The notes beneath the pieces were generated by a model. It did no database searches, had not been told where the DNA came from, and saw only the letters and a program-made list of their open reading frames with translations. A stretch of 63,329 nt of DNA, the filler included, from Octopus bimaculoides (lineage: Eukaryota), in assembly GCF_001194135.2 (NCBI RefSeq). It is 4 parts of 3 records of this genome, joined end to end, with 100 filler letters (N's around TTAATTAATTAA, not from the genome) between each part and the next. Parts side by side here need not be neighbours in the genome. Positions count along the whole stretch, not along the records: positions 20,039 to 43,955 come from NC_068987.1; 3 more parts are not named here. The stretch is one strand, 5' to 3'. A program made the translations under genes and the position numbers. Position 1 is the stretch's first letter; every line of letters begins with the position of its first letter. Below, piece after piece: positions 26,387-39,995 of this stretch.

Positions 26387-26780
26387 TTCCCCTGAACACG
26401 TTAGACTAAGAACTGAAGTTAGTTAGACATGATGTGTAAACATACTGTATATTTTAATGAATAATTTTTACGAATTAATTAATATGGTAGTAGAATCGTT
26501 GAATAGCTAACTAGAAATAATTGCACCAAGAGAAATAAAATGTAATACTAGAGTATCTACTATAATAATATTCTTGTTTTCCTCCGTCACCCCATATGAA
26601 TGAGAAAGGAAGGGCTGATAGATGAAGAAGGAAGGAAGGAAGGAAGGAAGGAAGGAGCGATGGCAAACTGGTAGTGGAATAATGGGAATTCTACGGTGAA
26701 AAAAAATCAAACAGCGTTTCAACTTTGTGTGAGTATATGTGTGCATGTACAAGGGAAATATGTGAATGTTTGTATGTAAG

Positions 26781-27413
26781 AACCAACGTTTTTTCAGTAA
26801 TTAACGATGATTGATGTCACATCTCAACGGACAACCATTAGATAACATTGACAAGTGTATTAATTTGATTTACCATCCCTATTCTATCTATCTGTTTTGT
26901 TAAAAATAATTATTACAGTCACACAGACCTACACAAACATATACATAAACAATTTCATTAGAGAAAATGATTATTGTCTGAGTGTATCAAGAATATAAAA
27001 CGACTGTAGTTGAAAGGTATATTATAAAAACACAACTTAACAGTTTATACATGTCCTTAATTTATTTATATTAAGAAATTTTTACCCAGTGTTCTTTCAG
27101 TAACTATACATAAACTAACCAGCGTTCTTTCAGTAATTAACGATGATCAATGTCACATCTCAAAATACAACACTAGATAACATTGAAAAGTATATTAATT
27201 TGAATTACCATCCATATTATATCTGTTGTGTCACAAATAATCATTACAATCACACACATATACACAAGCATATTACATATACAAACTCATTATAGAAAAT
27301 AATTATTGCCTGAGTGTATCAAGAACATATAACGACTGCGGTTGAAACGTTATGTCATAAATACAAATTTATTAGTTCATACATGTACCTAATTTATTTA
27401 TATTAAGAAATTT
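26781..27413 (+). repeat. Tandem duplication of a ~300-bp unit (26781-27082 and 27117-27413)
   Basis: Shared ttcagtaattaacgatga..atgtcacatctcaa...tgagtgtatcaagaa...aacgactg..gttgaaa...aatttatt...attaagaaattt. Confidence 0.9.
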
Positions 27414-28169
27414 ATGTAATAAATTATGAATAGGAAGTTTTTACAACATCAACTATAAGTCACGGACTGCTTTTTGTGGCTTTAAACCGTATGAGTTTAG
27501 ATTGGTTTCAGTAACGGAGAGCGCAATTGAAAAGAAACGTTAGTTCGAAAAAGCTGGTATTTACTTGCCAGTTCCTGTATTTAGTCACGGCCAGCTTTAA
27601 GTGGTCTTAAGTCGTACAAGAAGGAAGGAAAACTTAATTTTGTTTTTAAGGAAACAAGCAGTCAAGGGATGTTAGTTGCGGATAGATTTTTCACAAAAAC
27701 TTTGGTAATAAATGAATCATTAAACTAAAAACATGGTTTTGTACCTTATTGATATATAGAATACTACAATTAGTCGTAATTTTTGACAGCACGGTGTCAG
27801 CTAGTATGATTAATATTTTATTGTTTAGATATTATTTCGGACAACTTCGAATATGGCTTAGTCCTATGAACCTAATCAGTGAAGTGTAAGTTTCACCCTA
27901 ATTGACGAAATAGTAATGGTAGAATCATGAAATTTCACGAACAAGATTGTACATGACTGGCGCAGAAATACATGTACAAGATTGCAAAATGGTTGACGCA
28001 GAAAATACTGTTTCGTGAATTGAAATTCTGTGTTGAAACTGGTATAGTTGTTTTCTAATAGAGACCTGTTTTAGATCCCGTGGTGGTTTCGTTCACCATT
28101 TTTTCAGTCAAAATATTTTGATTTGGTTTTTGTTTCGATATTTCATATGCTATTATTTATATTTCTTTT

Positions 28170-28380
28170 GAAGGCAGAAACGTTAGCATTTCGGACAAAC
28201 TGCCTAGCGGCATTTCTTCTGGATCTTCACGTTCTGAATGCGAATTCCGCTGAAGTCGATTTTGCCTTTCATCCTTTCAGAGTCGATAAAATAAGTACAA
28301 GTTGAGCACTGGAGTTGATGTAATCGACTAATTCCAACCCACCTGAAATTGCTGGCTTTGTGTCAAAATTCAAAACCATT
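28170..28380 (+). mobile_element. SINE family B copy
   Basis: aaggcagaaacgttagc...gtcgattttgcctttcatcctttcagagtcgataaaataagtac. Confidence 0.8.
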
Positions 28381-28680
28381 ATTTGTCGCTAATTTGCATT
28401 TTTTTTTTCATTATGAATTAAAAGCTGCGCTAGTGTTGTAAACATTATCGACCGCATATACACACTATGTGTTTTGCTTGTTTGCCTGTTCGCCTGTTCG
28501 CTGTGGACAGCGCTCTGAGAAGGACTTCTTCTTAGCACTGAGTGTTAAAACATCTAAAAGTCATAGACAGGCGAGACAACTCACTCCCAATCCCATTCAT
28601 GAATTATGAAAACCGATATATTTCAATTTATCAACATTACGTACCAGAATAGGACCCAGAACGAACTGAATCGCCATTCT

Positions 28681-28913
28681 TATTTCTTTATTGCCCACAA
28701 GGGGCTAAACATAGAGGGGACAAACAAGGACAGACAAAGGGATTAAGTCGATTACATCGACCTCAGTGCGTAACTGGTACTTAATTTATCGACCCCGAAA
28801 GGATGAAAGGCAAAGACGACCTTGGCGGAATTTGAACTCAGAACGTAACGGCAGACGAAATACCGCTAAGCATTTCGCCCGGCGTGCTAACGTTTCTGCC
28901 ATCTCGCCGCCTT
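28681..28913 (-). mobile_element. Full-length SINE family B with perfect 15-bp TSD
   Basis: The TSD ctgaatcgccattct lies at 28666-28680 and 28914-28928; the body matches the other family B copies. Confidence 0.95.
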
Positions 28914-29842
28914 CTGAATCGCCATTCTACGACTACATATACACAAAGAGTGTGAGAACCATTTGCTGGTGCGTCAGGACGATGTCCCATCAGATTAAAT
29001 TCCATTCAGACCACTTTGTAATTCCACAATGCTTCAAAAATACGATCCAATACGATCCGGAACAACTACTAGTTATTGTTGTTTTATAGGTAACATGACG
29101 TGGTGTAATCAGTGGTTTATTGACCTTATTGGAAAGGGATTGATCATCAGCCTTTCTAAGCAAACTTATAATCAAAGACGTTCCAATCATTAACACCCAG
29201 CCTTTAATTTAGCAGTAGTGTATTAAGGACAGCAACATGCTCTCACATTTCAAAAAGATTATAGTGTGTGATCTGAAAGGGTACGACGAGGTCCGCTTTA
29301 AAAGCATTAAACACCTCCGGGCAAATTAATGCACTGAGCTCTATTATATTTATTTATTGACGCTAAACCGCAGCATATTTATATATCGGAATTGGGCTCC
29401 TAGACACAGCTTAACGTTGATCGGGTGGACCTATGACTTAAGGCATTCCAGTTATGACCATTCTGTCTTTTTCCTACGTTGCAGGAAATCCAGAACCTCA
29501 CTATCCAACACTTCTTCCTTCAGACAGTACGATGTGATTCGCGGAAGGTTTGATTGCTATTTCCAGCTGGTCCGATGTTCATGTAGAGACTTTTTCTTTG
29601 GTTTGATATGTGGGCGTTTGTGCGTGTGTCTGAGTTAGCTTCTCGTCTGTGTATTAGAGACGAAACAATTCATAAAATGATGGTCACGTCTAGAATGTAT
29701 CTGTTCAATCAGATTGACAATAGTAACGACAATAAGGATATACATATAGACAAACACACTAAAATGCATACACACAGAGACATGTTAATACGAACATGTA
29801 AACACACGTATAAAGAAACATGTTTATGCAGAAAGTAATAAT

Positions 29843-29985
29843 ATAAGTGTAGTCATTGGCTGTGTGGTTAAGACGTTTGCTTCCCAACCACGTGGTTTCA
29901 CGTTCAGTCCCATTGTGTGGCACTTTGGGCAAGTGCCTTTTATTATAGCTCCGGGGGGACGAAAGTTTTGTAAGTGAATCTGAGA
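29843..29985 (+). mobile_element. tRNA-derived SINE family C head, degenerate
   Basis: tggctgtgtggttaagacgtttgcttcccaaccacgtggtt..cgttcagtccca...ggcactttgggcaagtg, matching the reverse complement of 33907-34060. Confidence 0.75.
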
Positions 29986-30149
29986 TGCACACGCGCGTAT
30001 GTCTGTGTATATGTGAGTTCGTATTTCCCTTAATTTCCCTTAATTTCACGTGTGTTCGCAAACTGACAGTGAAGTTTGTTTCTAGTTCTCCGCATAAAAC
30101 ATATCCCGGTTGTCTGATAGACTGGGAGATTATTACCACGTTCTGAAAC

Positions 30150-30555
30150 ATGTGCAAGTTAGAGACAGGAAGGAAAGGCGTACTCGATGTCATCGAACCT
30201 AATACTTGATGGGTACTTTATTTTATTGATCCCGAAAGTAGGAACGGCAAAACACATCGACGGGTCAAAAACTAAAAATGCCAGAAGAAATACGGAAAAA
30301 TCATCTAATCTGACGCTCTATCGATTCTGTCAACTACCTGCCCTTACCTTCTTTTTTATAATCTTTTTCACTATAAGCACAGGACCTGAAATTTTCGGTG
30401 AGAGGTTAGTTAATTGCATCGACCCCAGTATTTGGTTCATTTATCGATCCCGAAAAGATAAAAGGCAAATTCGACCTCGGTAGTATTTTAACTCTCAACG
30501 TAAAGAACCTGAAGAAAAGCTGCTAAGCATTTTGTCTGGCGCTCTAACGATTTTA
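30150..30555 (-). mobile_element. Two degenerate SINE family B fragments
   Basis: atttatcgatcccgaaaagataaaaggcaaattcgacctcgg...aactc.caacgtaaag...gctaagcattttg. Confidence 0.7.
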
Positions 30556-31009
30556 CCAGCTCATCGTCTTCCTTTTCTTTAATAGGAAGAGAATAATAAA
30601 AAAGACAATACATCGAGTTATAATACTTCATGTGTGAAACAATTAAAGCATTCTCATTGCAGTTCCATAACCTCTAGAATATTTGAACTTGAGGTTTTGA
30701 CTTCTAAAATATTTGAATCTGTTGTTGACTTGTTACGTTGTCCAACGGAAATTGACGGAACGAAAGACAAAAGACAAAGGAAGAAGACCAAAAAAAGTAT
30801 ATAAATAAATATAAATAATCATGAGAAAGGTCACCAGACAATTCAGATATCGGTGAAGGTCAGTGAACAATAAATGATGTTTGACGAAAATAACTTCAAT
30901 ATATGCAGTATTTCTCTCATGGTGAATGAAACCTTCAAGTTAAACACGAAATGTTTTTACCTCCATATTCCTCTCAAAGTTCGTCCACGTATATAGTTGA
31001 ATGCGTGCG

Positions 31010-31059
<50 letters not shown>

Positions 31060-32164
31060 TGTCTGCTATCTGATTTACTGAGAAGTGGCAATGTCTATAA
31101 ACTTTTCCAACCTAGAGTTGTAACAATAATAAAGATAAGAAGAAAAACGACTATCTGATAATAATTCACATAATCAATCTAGTCAATCTCTCTAAATCCG
31201 TCTGACAGATTGAATGGGAGAGATTATCAAATGGAGGACAAGGAGGATCACCCAAATAGACACAGCAGTGATTTTTAATAGACAGATATAGGTGAAGACT
31301 TATGACTAACTTGAACAACTAGATAATTCTGATTGTTAACAGACGGACCGGGGTTAATGATGGCCTACCCTTTAAGACCAACATGTGGGAATGTAATTGT
31401 TAGTTTGTTTTTTAATAATCCTGTTATTGGAATATTAGTTACATGTTTACATGTATGTTAATTTTAAATAAATGCTTATAAATAAGCAGCCTAATAGTGA
31501 ATTCCTAACTCATTAATTTGTAAACGATTTTAAGATTATGTATTGTAATACTAAGTGCTGTGTAATTAAATATCACCAAAAAAAATCCCACCTTTCTTTG
31601 AGATCATGTTAAACTTTAAAAGTTCTTTGACAAATTGAGCAGCTTTTCATAAAAATATGTGAGAGAGTTATTTTTCTGTGGTGAGAGGACATAGGGCGCA
31701 AATGTGACATCAGGAGAGCTAAAGTGGAATTTGGTACTGAAGAGCATTAACAGAGTGTTCGTTGTTTCTGATAGTCATTGAAATTTAATTCACTCTGCTT
31801 ATTTTGAGTTAGGGATAGACAATTCTTTTGTCCTGTGATATCGCCTGGGGTAAAAAGACATTGAGTAACATAAAGTCAGATTATCTTGCTGTTCGTTTAG
31901 CCTGCAAGTTATTTCGTTGTGTATAAGAGACATAATAGGATATGGTTATTAACGAAATGGAGTGATCATCTAATGGTGAGAAAGATGTGATTATGTAACT
32001 GAATGAAGTGAGATTGGTAGCCAGGAGTGTTAGGTGTTGCGAGTTTTATGCCACTGTATATGGAGGTTAGCTTTTTACTTGGAGATGAGTAATTAAGACC
32101 AGCTAGACGAAGGAGATTAGCTATGCTGAAAATGACTTTCATACAGAGGGGGTGGGGAGAAATA

Positions 32165-32196
<32 letters not shown>

Positions 32197-33196
32197 GAAG
32201 GCATTTGTAGCTTATAAAAAGCTACGAAGGATCAAATGAACTGAGGAATGCCTTTACTAATAGAATCTAGCCAAATTTACAGGAAACGAGCGAGAAAAAG
32301 TAGTTAAACTACGGTTCATGACAAACTTCTCTGATCAGATTTCAACGGCGTTGTAACAGATAATAGACAATAATGATGTTTTCAATATAGGGTGGCACTT
32401 CAAATTTACCATTTGATTTCAGTTGGGTGAAAGTATAATTGTGTATTGGTTGCCTAGGTCTGATAGCTTTGTAAGCATTTTCTAGAGATAGTGTAAAATT
32501 ATGCATGAAGACGAGACTGTAATGGCTTTCGCTGGGTTATGTACACTCAATACTTAAGAGATTGTGGAATGTTCAGGAGATTATCAGTGTTGTTTCTCCA
32601 ATATATGGACAGAGATAGCGAAAATAATTCAATATCTTTAATGTAAACAATCCGGAAATACTATACTTCGGTCAAATCTAAAACCACATTGCATCCTCAA
32701 CCATTGCATTGTTTCGATTTGAGCAGCAAATGTTGCTACACGGTATATTCATAAATATAAAACGTGAAGTTGTGGTGATGTATGTACAATCATTAGCATA
32801 GACATCGTTGTGGAAGTTTGTGCTTTTAAAAAGTAGTCGACCAGTCATAAGGAAAACTTTATGGATTGAAACTAAATATAAATTTACTTTCAATTTCGGA
32901 CAACAATTCCGCGTTTCCTTTTGGGTCTACAAAAGCAGTACATTCAAATTTTTTTTAAAAAGATGCAGAGTAAAATGTATAATTACTCATTTACATGTAA
33001 TTAACCAGTTACGTGTATCTTAATTGAGAGATGAAACTGAGTAAATGAGCTTGTTGTTAGTTAATAACATCGATTTACTGAGAGGACAGACCTTTCAAAA
33101 CCCTAGGACCCGTGGAAAATTAATATAAATAAAAGAATTCCTTTTATTCAAAATATACCAAACTTTTCAGTCTTTGTTTTAATGTATAGTAACTCT

Positions 33197-33497
33197 GGAG
33201 GCGCAATGGCCCAGTGGTTAGAGCAGCGGACTCACGGTCATAGGATCGCGGTTTCGATTCCCAGACCGGGCGTTGTGAGTGTTTATTGAGCGAAAACACC
33301 TAAAGCTCCACGAGGCTCCGTCAGGGGATGGCGGCGAACCCTGCTGTACTCTTTCACCACAACTTTCTCTCACTCTTACTTCCTGTTTTTGTTATGCCTA
33401 TAATTCAAAGGGTCAGCCTTGTCACACTGTGTCACGCTGAATATCCCCGAGATCTACGTTAAGGGTACACGTGTTTGTGGAGTGCTCAGCCACTTGC
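33197..33497 (+). mobile_element. SINE family A, truncated by an assembly gap
   Basis: Near identical to 62961-63270; A and B boxes are intact. Confidence 0.92.
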
Positions 33498-33906
33498 NNN
33501 NNNNNNNNNNNNNNNNNNNNNNNNNNNNNNNNNNNNNNNNNNNNNNNNNNNNNNNNNNNNNNNNNNNNNNNNNNNNNNNNNNNNNNNNNNNNNNNNNNNN
33601 NNNNNNNNNNNNNNNNNNNNNNNNNNNNNNNNNNNNNNNNNNNNNNNNNNNNNNNNNNNNNNNNNNNNNNNNNNNNNNNNNNNNNNNNNNNNNNNNNNNN
33701 NNNNNNNNNNNNNNNNNNNNNNNNNNNNNNNNNNNNNNNNNNNNNNNNNNNNNNNNNNNNNNNNNNNNNNNNNNNNNNNNNNNNNNNNNNNNNNNNNNNN
33801 NNNNNNNNNNNNNNNNNNNNNNNNNNNNNNNNNNNNNNNNNNNNNNNNNNNNNNNNNNNNNNNNNNNNNNNNNNNNNNNNNNNNNNNNNNNNNNNNNNNN
33901 NNNNNN
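33498..33906. other. Assembly gap (N run)
   Basis: N bases. Confidence 1.
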
Positions 33907-34057
33907 TTCAGTTTCCGTCTACCAAATCCACTCACAAAGCTTCGGTCGGCCCGAAGCTATAGTAGAAGACACTTGCCCAAGGTGCCACGCAGCAGGACTG
34001 AACCCGGAATTATGTGGTTGGTAAGCAAGCTACTTACTACACAGCCACTCCTGCGCC

Positions 34058-34060
<3 letters not shown>
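33907..34060 (-). mobile_element. SINE family C head
   Basis: The reverse complement reads ataggcgcaggagtggctgtgt.gtaagtagcttgcttaccaaccac...ccgggttcagtcc...gcgtggcaccttgggcaagtgtcttctactatagc. Confidence 0.85.
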
Positions 34061-34110
<50 letters not shown>

Positions 34111-34671
34111 ATGTATATGTCTTCCACATAGTTTCCATCATCCAAATTCGCTCACTCAGCATTTGTCGATCCCGGGCAATAATAGAAGACGCCCTAAGTA
34201 CTGCACAGTGACACTGAAACCGAAAGCGAGCTTCTAAACCACGCAGCCATTTTGTTTTAAGAGAGGCCCGCTCTCTGAGTTTCATATCGACATACCGTCT
34301 GTGCCCCTTCCTTTATAGGTAATGTGCTTGGGCATGAGGTGATGTGACAATAGCTAGCTCTGTAGAGCAGATAAGTGTTTAAATTATAGAGTGACTTGAT
34401 GAGCTCTAGCCAATTAAACGGATGGCTTTCTTAGGGGGTACAGTCCGCTAATGTTTGGGGTGTAGAAAGAAAACCCCATTTTATATGCGGAAGTGGTATT
34501 CCACCGTAAGTCTCATTGGAGATTTATTGTAAGTTGATGGGCTGGAACAATTTTGTGCACAAGATGTAGTCAACGCTGTGAGTAGCTATTGTTTAGTCAT
34601 TAGATTAGTCATGATTGAACGGACCTCAGAACAAAGATATTCTTGTTGTAACGCTCTCGTATTTCTTTCAG

Positions 34672-34796
34672 ACATAGTGTACCCAGATTTACATTATCCA
34701 CTGCGTCATAGCAACTTTATGACTGCAGGGCGTGATTTCAGAAAATTTTTGGCTGCTATTTTTCGTAACTTGATCAACTACATTGAATCCTTACAG
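34672..34796 (+). CDS. Candidate 125-nt internal coding exon of an unidentified gene
   Basis: Acceptor ctctcgtatttctttcag and donor CAG|gtagtt. Only one frame is open: (D)IVYPDLHYPLRHSNFMTAGRDFRKFLAAIFRNLINYIESLQ. I recognise no homology. Confidence 0.25.
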
Positions 34797-34800
34797 GTAG

Positions 34801-34891
<91 letters not shown>

Positions 34892-34999
34892 GGTACGGCG
34901 TATACGTACGTGCGCGTGCCTGCGCCTGTGAATCAAGACAAAAGCGGTGTTGCAGTAATGTTTAGAGACGTTGCTGTTGCTTCATTTTTTGTTGTTACT

Positions 35000-35790
35000 G
35001 TTGTTATTGCATGTGAATCGAACAAAATGCTTAGCGGAATTTTTTCTGTTCTTCACGCTCTAAGTTCAAATCCAACCAAGATGACCGCTGCCTTTTATCT
35101 TATCGGGGTAGATAAAATAAAGTACCGGTTGATTTCCCCCTCTCCTCAAAATTGCAGGCCCTAGAAGGAATTATTTTGTTCAGCTCCAAATCAGTTCTGA
35201 TCGTACAGACCAACGATCAAAGACTTCTAGCCATGACTATTCCGCCTGTTTGCATTGGTATATCTAGGACGTGACCTAGTGGTTAGGATGTCGGGCTCGC
35301 AATCATAAGTTTGTGTTTGTTCAATTCTCGGACTGAACGACGCGTTGTGTCCTTTCAAGTTGTTCGACCCGATTTGGTTGAAAATGAGTCCCAACTCAGC
35401 GATGATCTCGAAGGAGCGCTTTGGTAGCCGTTGAGGGTTTCGAAGGGGTTGCCATTTTTCTTAGAAATAAAATATTTAAACAGGGTACAAAATTTCAAAA
35501 CACATTTTTAGTTGTATCTTTGTCAGGATTGAAATATGAGTGGGATATTGTGTTACCAGTGAGTAGAAGACTGATGATGCGCTAAGGTCCACTATAATTT
35601 CATTATATAAGTCCTGGCAAAATCGTTAGCACGTCGAACAAAGTGCTTAGTGGCATTTTTCCTGCTTTACGTTCACAGTTCAAATTTTGCCCAGGTCGAC
35701 TTTGTATTTCATCCATTCGGGGTCGATAAAATAAATACCAATTGGATACTGGGATCGATGTAATCGACTTAATACTCTTCCAAGATTTCA
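35000..35790 (+). mobile_element. Two degenerate SINE family B copies (about 35000-35170 and 35600-35790) plus a SINE head fragment
   Basis: gttcaaat...gccttt..tc...ggggt.gataaaataa.tacc motifs. Confidence 0.7.
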
Positions 35791-36686
35791 ACTGAAAGTA
35801 TTATATAAGTCCTCGCTTTCATTAGAAATTTCCATAAACATTTAACATAGAGGGTATTAGTTCATGCAAATATATATAAAAAAAAAAACCTATGCCTTGT
35901 GGATGAGACGGGTTAATACAAGACAATATGAATACTAAACCACGACGCGAAATTAGTTCCTGTTTGATTAAAATTATCTGCTGTGCTTTATTCTCCTTTT
36001 CCAAAAACATGACGAGAGGGAGTTCGTAAAATACCACTCGGACGGGGAAAGGGTGCATTGAACTAGAAGGGGCTAAGAAGCACTGAATTAGAACAAGTAA
36101 ATCTTACTGAAGTACAGCAGATAACGTAATTTGAATACAGTCTTTCTTATTAGCTATCACAATTCTGTTGAAACGTAGACAGAGGCTTGAACGAATTCTC
36201 AGTTTTAGAGAATATCAGTTAGAAGTAATGTCAAAGAATGACATTTTATATGGAATCAATGAAGCTGCAGTTAAATCAACCGTTTAATGAGCGATAGTTT
36301 GAATATCTTTTCATGTGATTATAATCACCATCCAAAGCTGTTGGTATATGGGGACTTAAAAATCGTGTAAGCTAACTGTTGTAGACTAAAGGCCCACCAT
36401 ACACTAACGATTGGTTATCATTTTCTAACTAGATATTAAATATCTGTACCTTATTAAAAAGAACCACCCTGTGGTGCTGGACACAAATATGACAGTCCGA
36501 CAACTAGTATTCATTCAATTAAAATAGCATATGTTGTACATGAGTCATCGACAAAGATACACGCATAGACCTCTACTCAAAGTAACGACAAAATGTCCCT
36601 TCAAAAATTCTTTAGAATTCTCTAAAATAAATGTGTCATAGTCACAAGTTATCTTATAGTTCTGCAGGAAGCTGGTATCAACTGCG

Positions 36687-36720
<34 letters not shown>

Positions 36721-36861
36721 AAACAAACAATGATAAACAACATCAGCAACTAACAAACAGCAGCAGCAGTTGTAACTGCGCCAGCGTAGTTGTTATGTAT
36801 AAATCACTCTTGCAATAAATAAAATCATAATTGTGACTCAGCTGGGATTGAGAGAGAGAGT

Positions 36862-36886
36862 AGTAGTAGTAGTGGTAGTGGTAGTG

Positions 36887-36945
<59 letters not shown>
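36862..36945. repeat. (TAG)n microsatellite
   Basis: Seen directly; explains the poly-Y ORF. Confidence 0.95.
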
Positions 36946-36946
<1 letters not shown>

Positions 36947-37209
36947 ATCATTAAACGTAAGGCCGATGTATATCAGGAACCAAAGGTCCTTTCCTAAGCT
37001 TTTGTATTTCGACTCCCAAAACGCACACAACACAATTGTGAACGGGGACAGGTGTTGCGATTGATTTTAGAGTTCCATAGTAACTTCACACCTGTCTTTT
37101 TTTGAGCGCGCATTTCAAAAGGATATCGTGATGCAACATGTGGTGTTTTAAGAGATAAATCCCATACACACACCAATGTTGACTTATTACATTTGTGTGT
37201 GCACGAGCA

Positions 37210-37249
<40 letters not shown>

Positions 37250-38422
37250 TGTGTGTGTGTATGTGTGTGTATAACGGTTGTTTCAACCAATTCATATATA
37301 ATTCTAGCTCATTCTCTCTCCCTTTCTCTCCCCTTCGCTTTCTTTTTCAGCGTGTGTACGTAGTTCAAATTGCCGCCTAAAATGTATGCATATGAATATG
37401 ATATTCATGCATGTATACACACACATATGCATTGTATGTATATATATATGTGTGGGGGGAGGTATAGGCTTAGGTATGTGTATATACTCTTTAATAATAA
37501 GACGTTTCAATGAGGTATATTCAGAGACTTCAAGGTTCAGTATGTGTGTGTATGTATGTGTATGTGCTTGTGCGTGCGTATATATGTATAGAAATATTTA
37601 TGTATGTATGTGTATAATGCAATCACACACACACATACGTATATACATGCATACATGCATATATTCAATGAGCTGTATTCAGAGAGTTTAGGGCACAGTA
37701 TGTGTGTATATATAAATGCGTGTGTTTTTGTGTGTGCGTATATATGTATATGGATATTTATGTATGTGTATAATACAAACACCTCTCACACACACGTATA
37801 TACATTCATACATACATGTATAATCATATAATTACATACATGCATTGATATGTAATGCCTGTTCAATATTACGGACGTATGACCATCACTAAAAATAAGA
37901 AAAACAGAAGAAAAAGTAAATCTCCGAAAAATGTTTAGCAATACTCAGGTAAGATTTAATTCCAGAACAGATTGCACATCACAATAGCAGTTCCCAACAT
38001 CAAACCGTAAAACCGAAAGGCAGACAGAATGAAGAAATCTATCATATTAACGGTACTGGGTTTTATTTTAAAGCAACTTTCTCCAAGAGACATGCTTTAA
38101 CCCAAATCTAAAAGTGACAAACTACCGGTTTTTTTACAACGCGCTAGACACCAGATAGGAATTCCTTCATACTCCAGCTATACTACCTATCAGTTTGTTA
38201 CGACTACGAGGGTTCCAGCTGATCCGATCAACGGAACCCCCTTTGGGGGTTTGGGTGAGGATGTGGGGGAGGGGGATGTGTGGGGAGGGGATGTGTGAGG
38301 ATGGGGTGTGGATGGAGGTGTATCAATGAAGGGAGAAGGTGGGTAAAAGTGAAGGAAGTAGGTGTCAGGGTAAGAGTGAAGAGAGGATGTAGATGTCGGA
38401 TGAAGAGAGGAGAAGAGGAGAG

Positions 38423-38695
38423 TCAAATGAAGAGGGAAGAAGAGTTGATCCCATGTGGCGCAAAGGAGCGAAGAGAGAGGATTAATTCCTGTTCACGGCG
38501 AAGGCGGGAGTCCGGATGACCCCTGTGCAAAGATAATCCGAATACAGACAGGTGTTGTAATGAATGACCGCTAGAGCGGAAATGGCGCGAGACCGAGGTG
38601 TCATTGCAGAGTTTAGTGTCTCAGAGGTCAGTCGAGCGGCGACCCGTTTGGCCGATGTATAAAGGACAGAAAGAGCAGGAGATGCAATAAATATT
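38423..38695 (-). pseudogene. Penelope-like element GIY-YIG endonuclease C-terminal fragment (Neptune-like pattern)
   Basis: Manual translation gives NIYCISCSFCPLYIGQTGRRSTDL*DTKLCNDTSVSRHFRSSGHSLQHLSVFGLSLHRGHPDSRLRREQELILSLRSFAPHGINSSSLFI*, with the IY/YIG, HF..GH, RE..LI and GIN motifs. It is missed by the ORF track. Confidence 0.85.
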
Positions 38696-39022
38696 ATTTA
38701 ACCCCGCCCCTAATGGGATTTATAACACGGGACAGAGTTCCTTTGAAAGTGCAAACACATCCACTTTTCATGGAAGATACATACACTTGTGTATATATAT
38801 ACATGTATATTTATATATGCACATATATATCCATGTATATATATATGTATAAATATATATGTATATACATGTACATATATATGTATGTATATATATATAT
38901 ACTTTTATGTATATATATATACTTTTATGTATATATATATATATTTATAAATGTATATTTATATATGTATATATGTATATATATGCATATATATGTGTGT
39001 GGGTGTGTGTGTGTGGGTGTGT

Positions 39023-39061
<39 letters not shown>

Positions 39062-39309
39062 TGTGTATCAGTGTTTGTACCCCTACCATCACTTGACTAC
39101 CGATGTTACTGTGTTTACGTCCCCATAACTTAGCCGTTTGCAAAACACACCGATAGAATAAGTACTATGCTTACAAAGAATAAATCATGTTATCAATGTC
39201 TTCGACTAAAGGTGGTGCTCCAGCATGGCCGCAGTCACATGACCGAAGCAAGTAAAACAATAAAAGAAACTGTTATTTTAATTCCGAACAACGCCGGGTA
39301 TCTCTGGTA

Positions 39310-39351
<42 letters not shown>

Positions 39352-39780
39352 TCCTACATGTCAGACGATAGGCGTCTCATTATTTATTGTTGAAAAGACC
39401 TTCACTCGTAGTGTACAGATACGTGACTATGTGCTTCTAACCGGGTAATTCTTTCATACATCGTCACTTCTCCATCACGAAAGGTCTTTTGAAAGAATAA
39501 GGAACAATGAACAAATTGAGAGGATGAGACATATGTACGTCACAGGATTATAGCGACATACAACTCGTACAACTTGTACAACTCGTAGACACTAATACGT
39601 GTTCATAGTTAAATATCCAGATATAATCACAATAAAGATGACCAGTAACTCTGTCGAAAAGTTGCTTTTATCTAAGAGAGCCTTCTCTTAGTTTTCCAAT
39701 AAAAGGATTTTCATAACCTGTACAGATTTATTTTCGCGTATGCATTGATACTAAAGTTACTACTTAACTAGTCATATATT

Positions 39781-39995
39781 CTTTTCTACTCTAGGCACAA
39801 GGACCGAAATTTTTTTGGTGGGGTCAGTCGATTAGATGGAGCCCAGTACGCAACTAGTACTTAATTTATCGACCTCGAAAGGATGAAGGGCAAAGTTGAC
39901 CTCGGTGGAATTTGAACTCAGAACGTAAAGACAGACGAAACACCACTAAGCATTTCACCCAGCGTATTAACGTTTCTTCCAGCTTGCCGCCTTCC
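39781..39995 (-). mobile_element. Full-length SINE family B with perfect 15-bp TSD
   Basis: The TSD aactagtcatatatt lies at 39766-39780 and 39996-40010. Confidence 0.93.

Noticed and set aside
29100-29155. Minus-strand CTGATGA...TAAAC hammerhead-like spacing
   Set aside because: The stem II base does not pair, GAAA is absent, and there is no stem I or III.
33197-33270. tRNA-like A/B boxes as a tRNA gene (also 62961 and 22480-22555)
   Set aside because: They are SINE heads continuing into a shared SINE body and tail, with no full cloverleaf.
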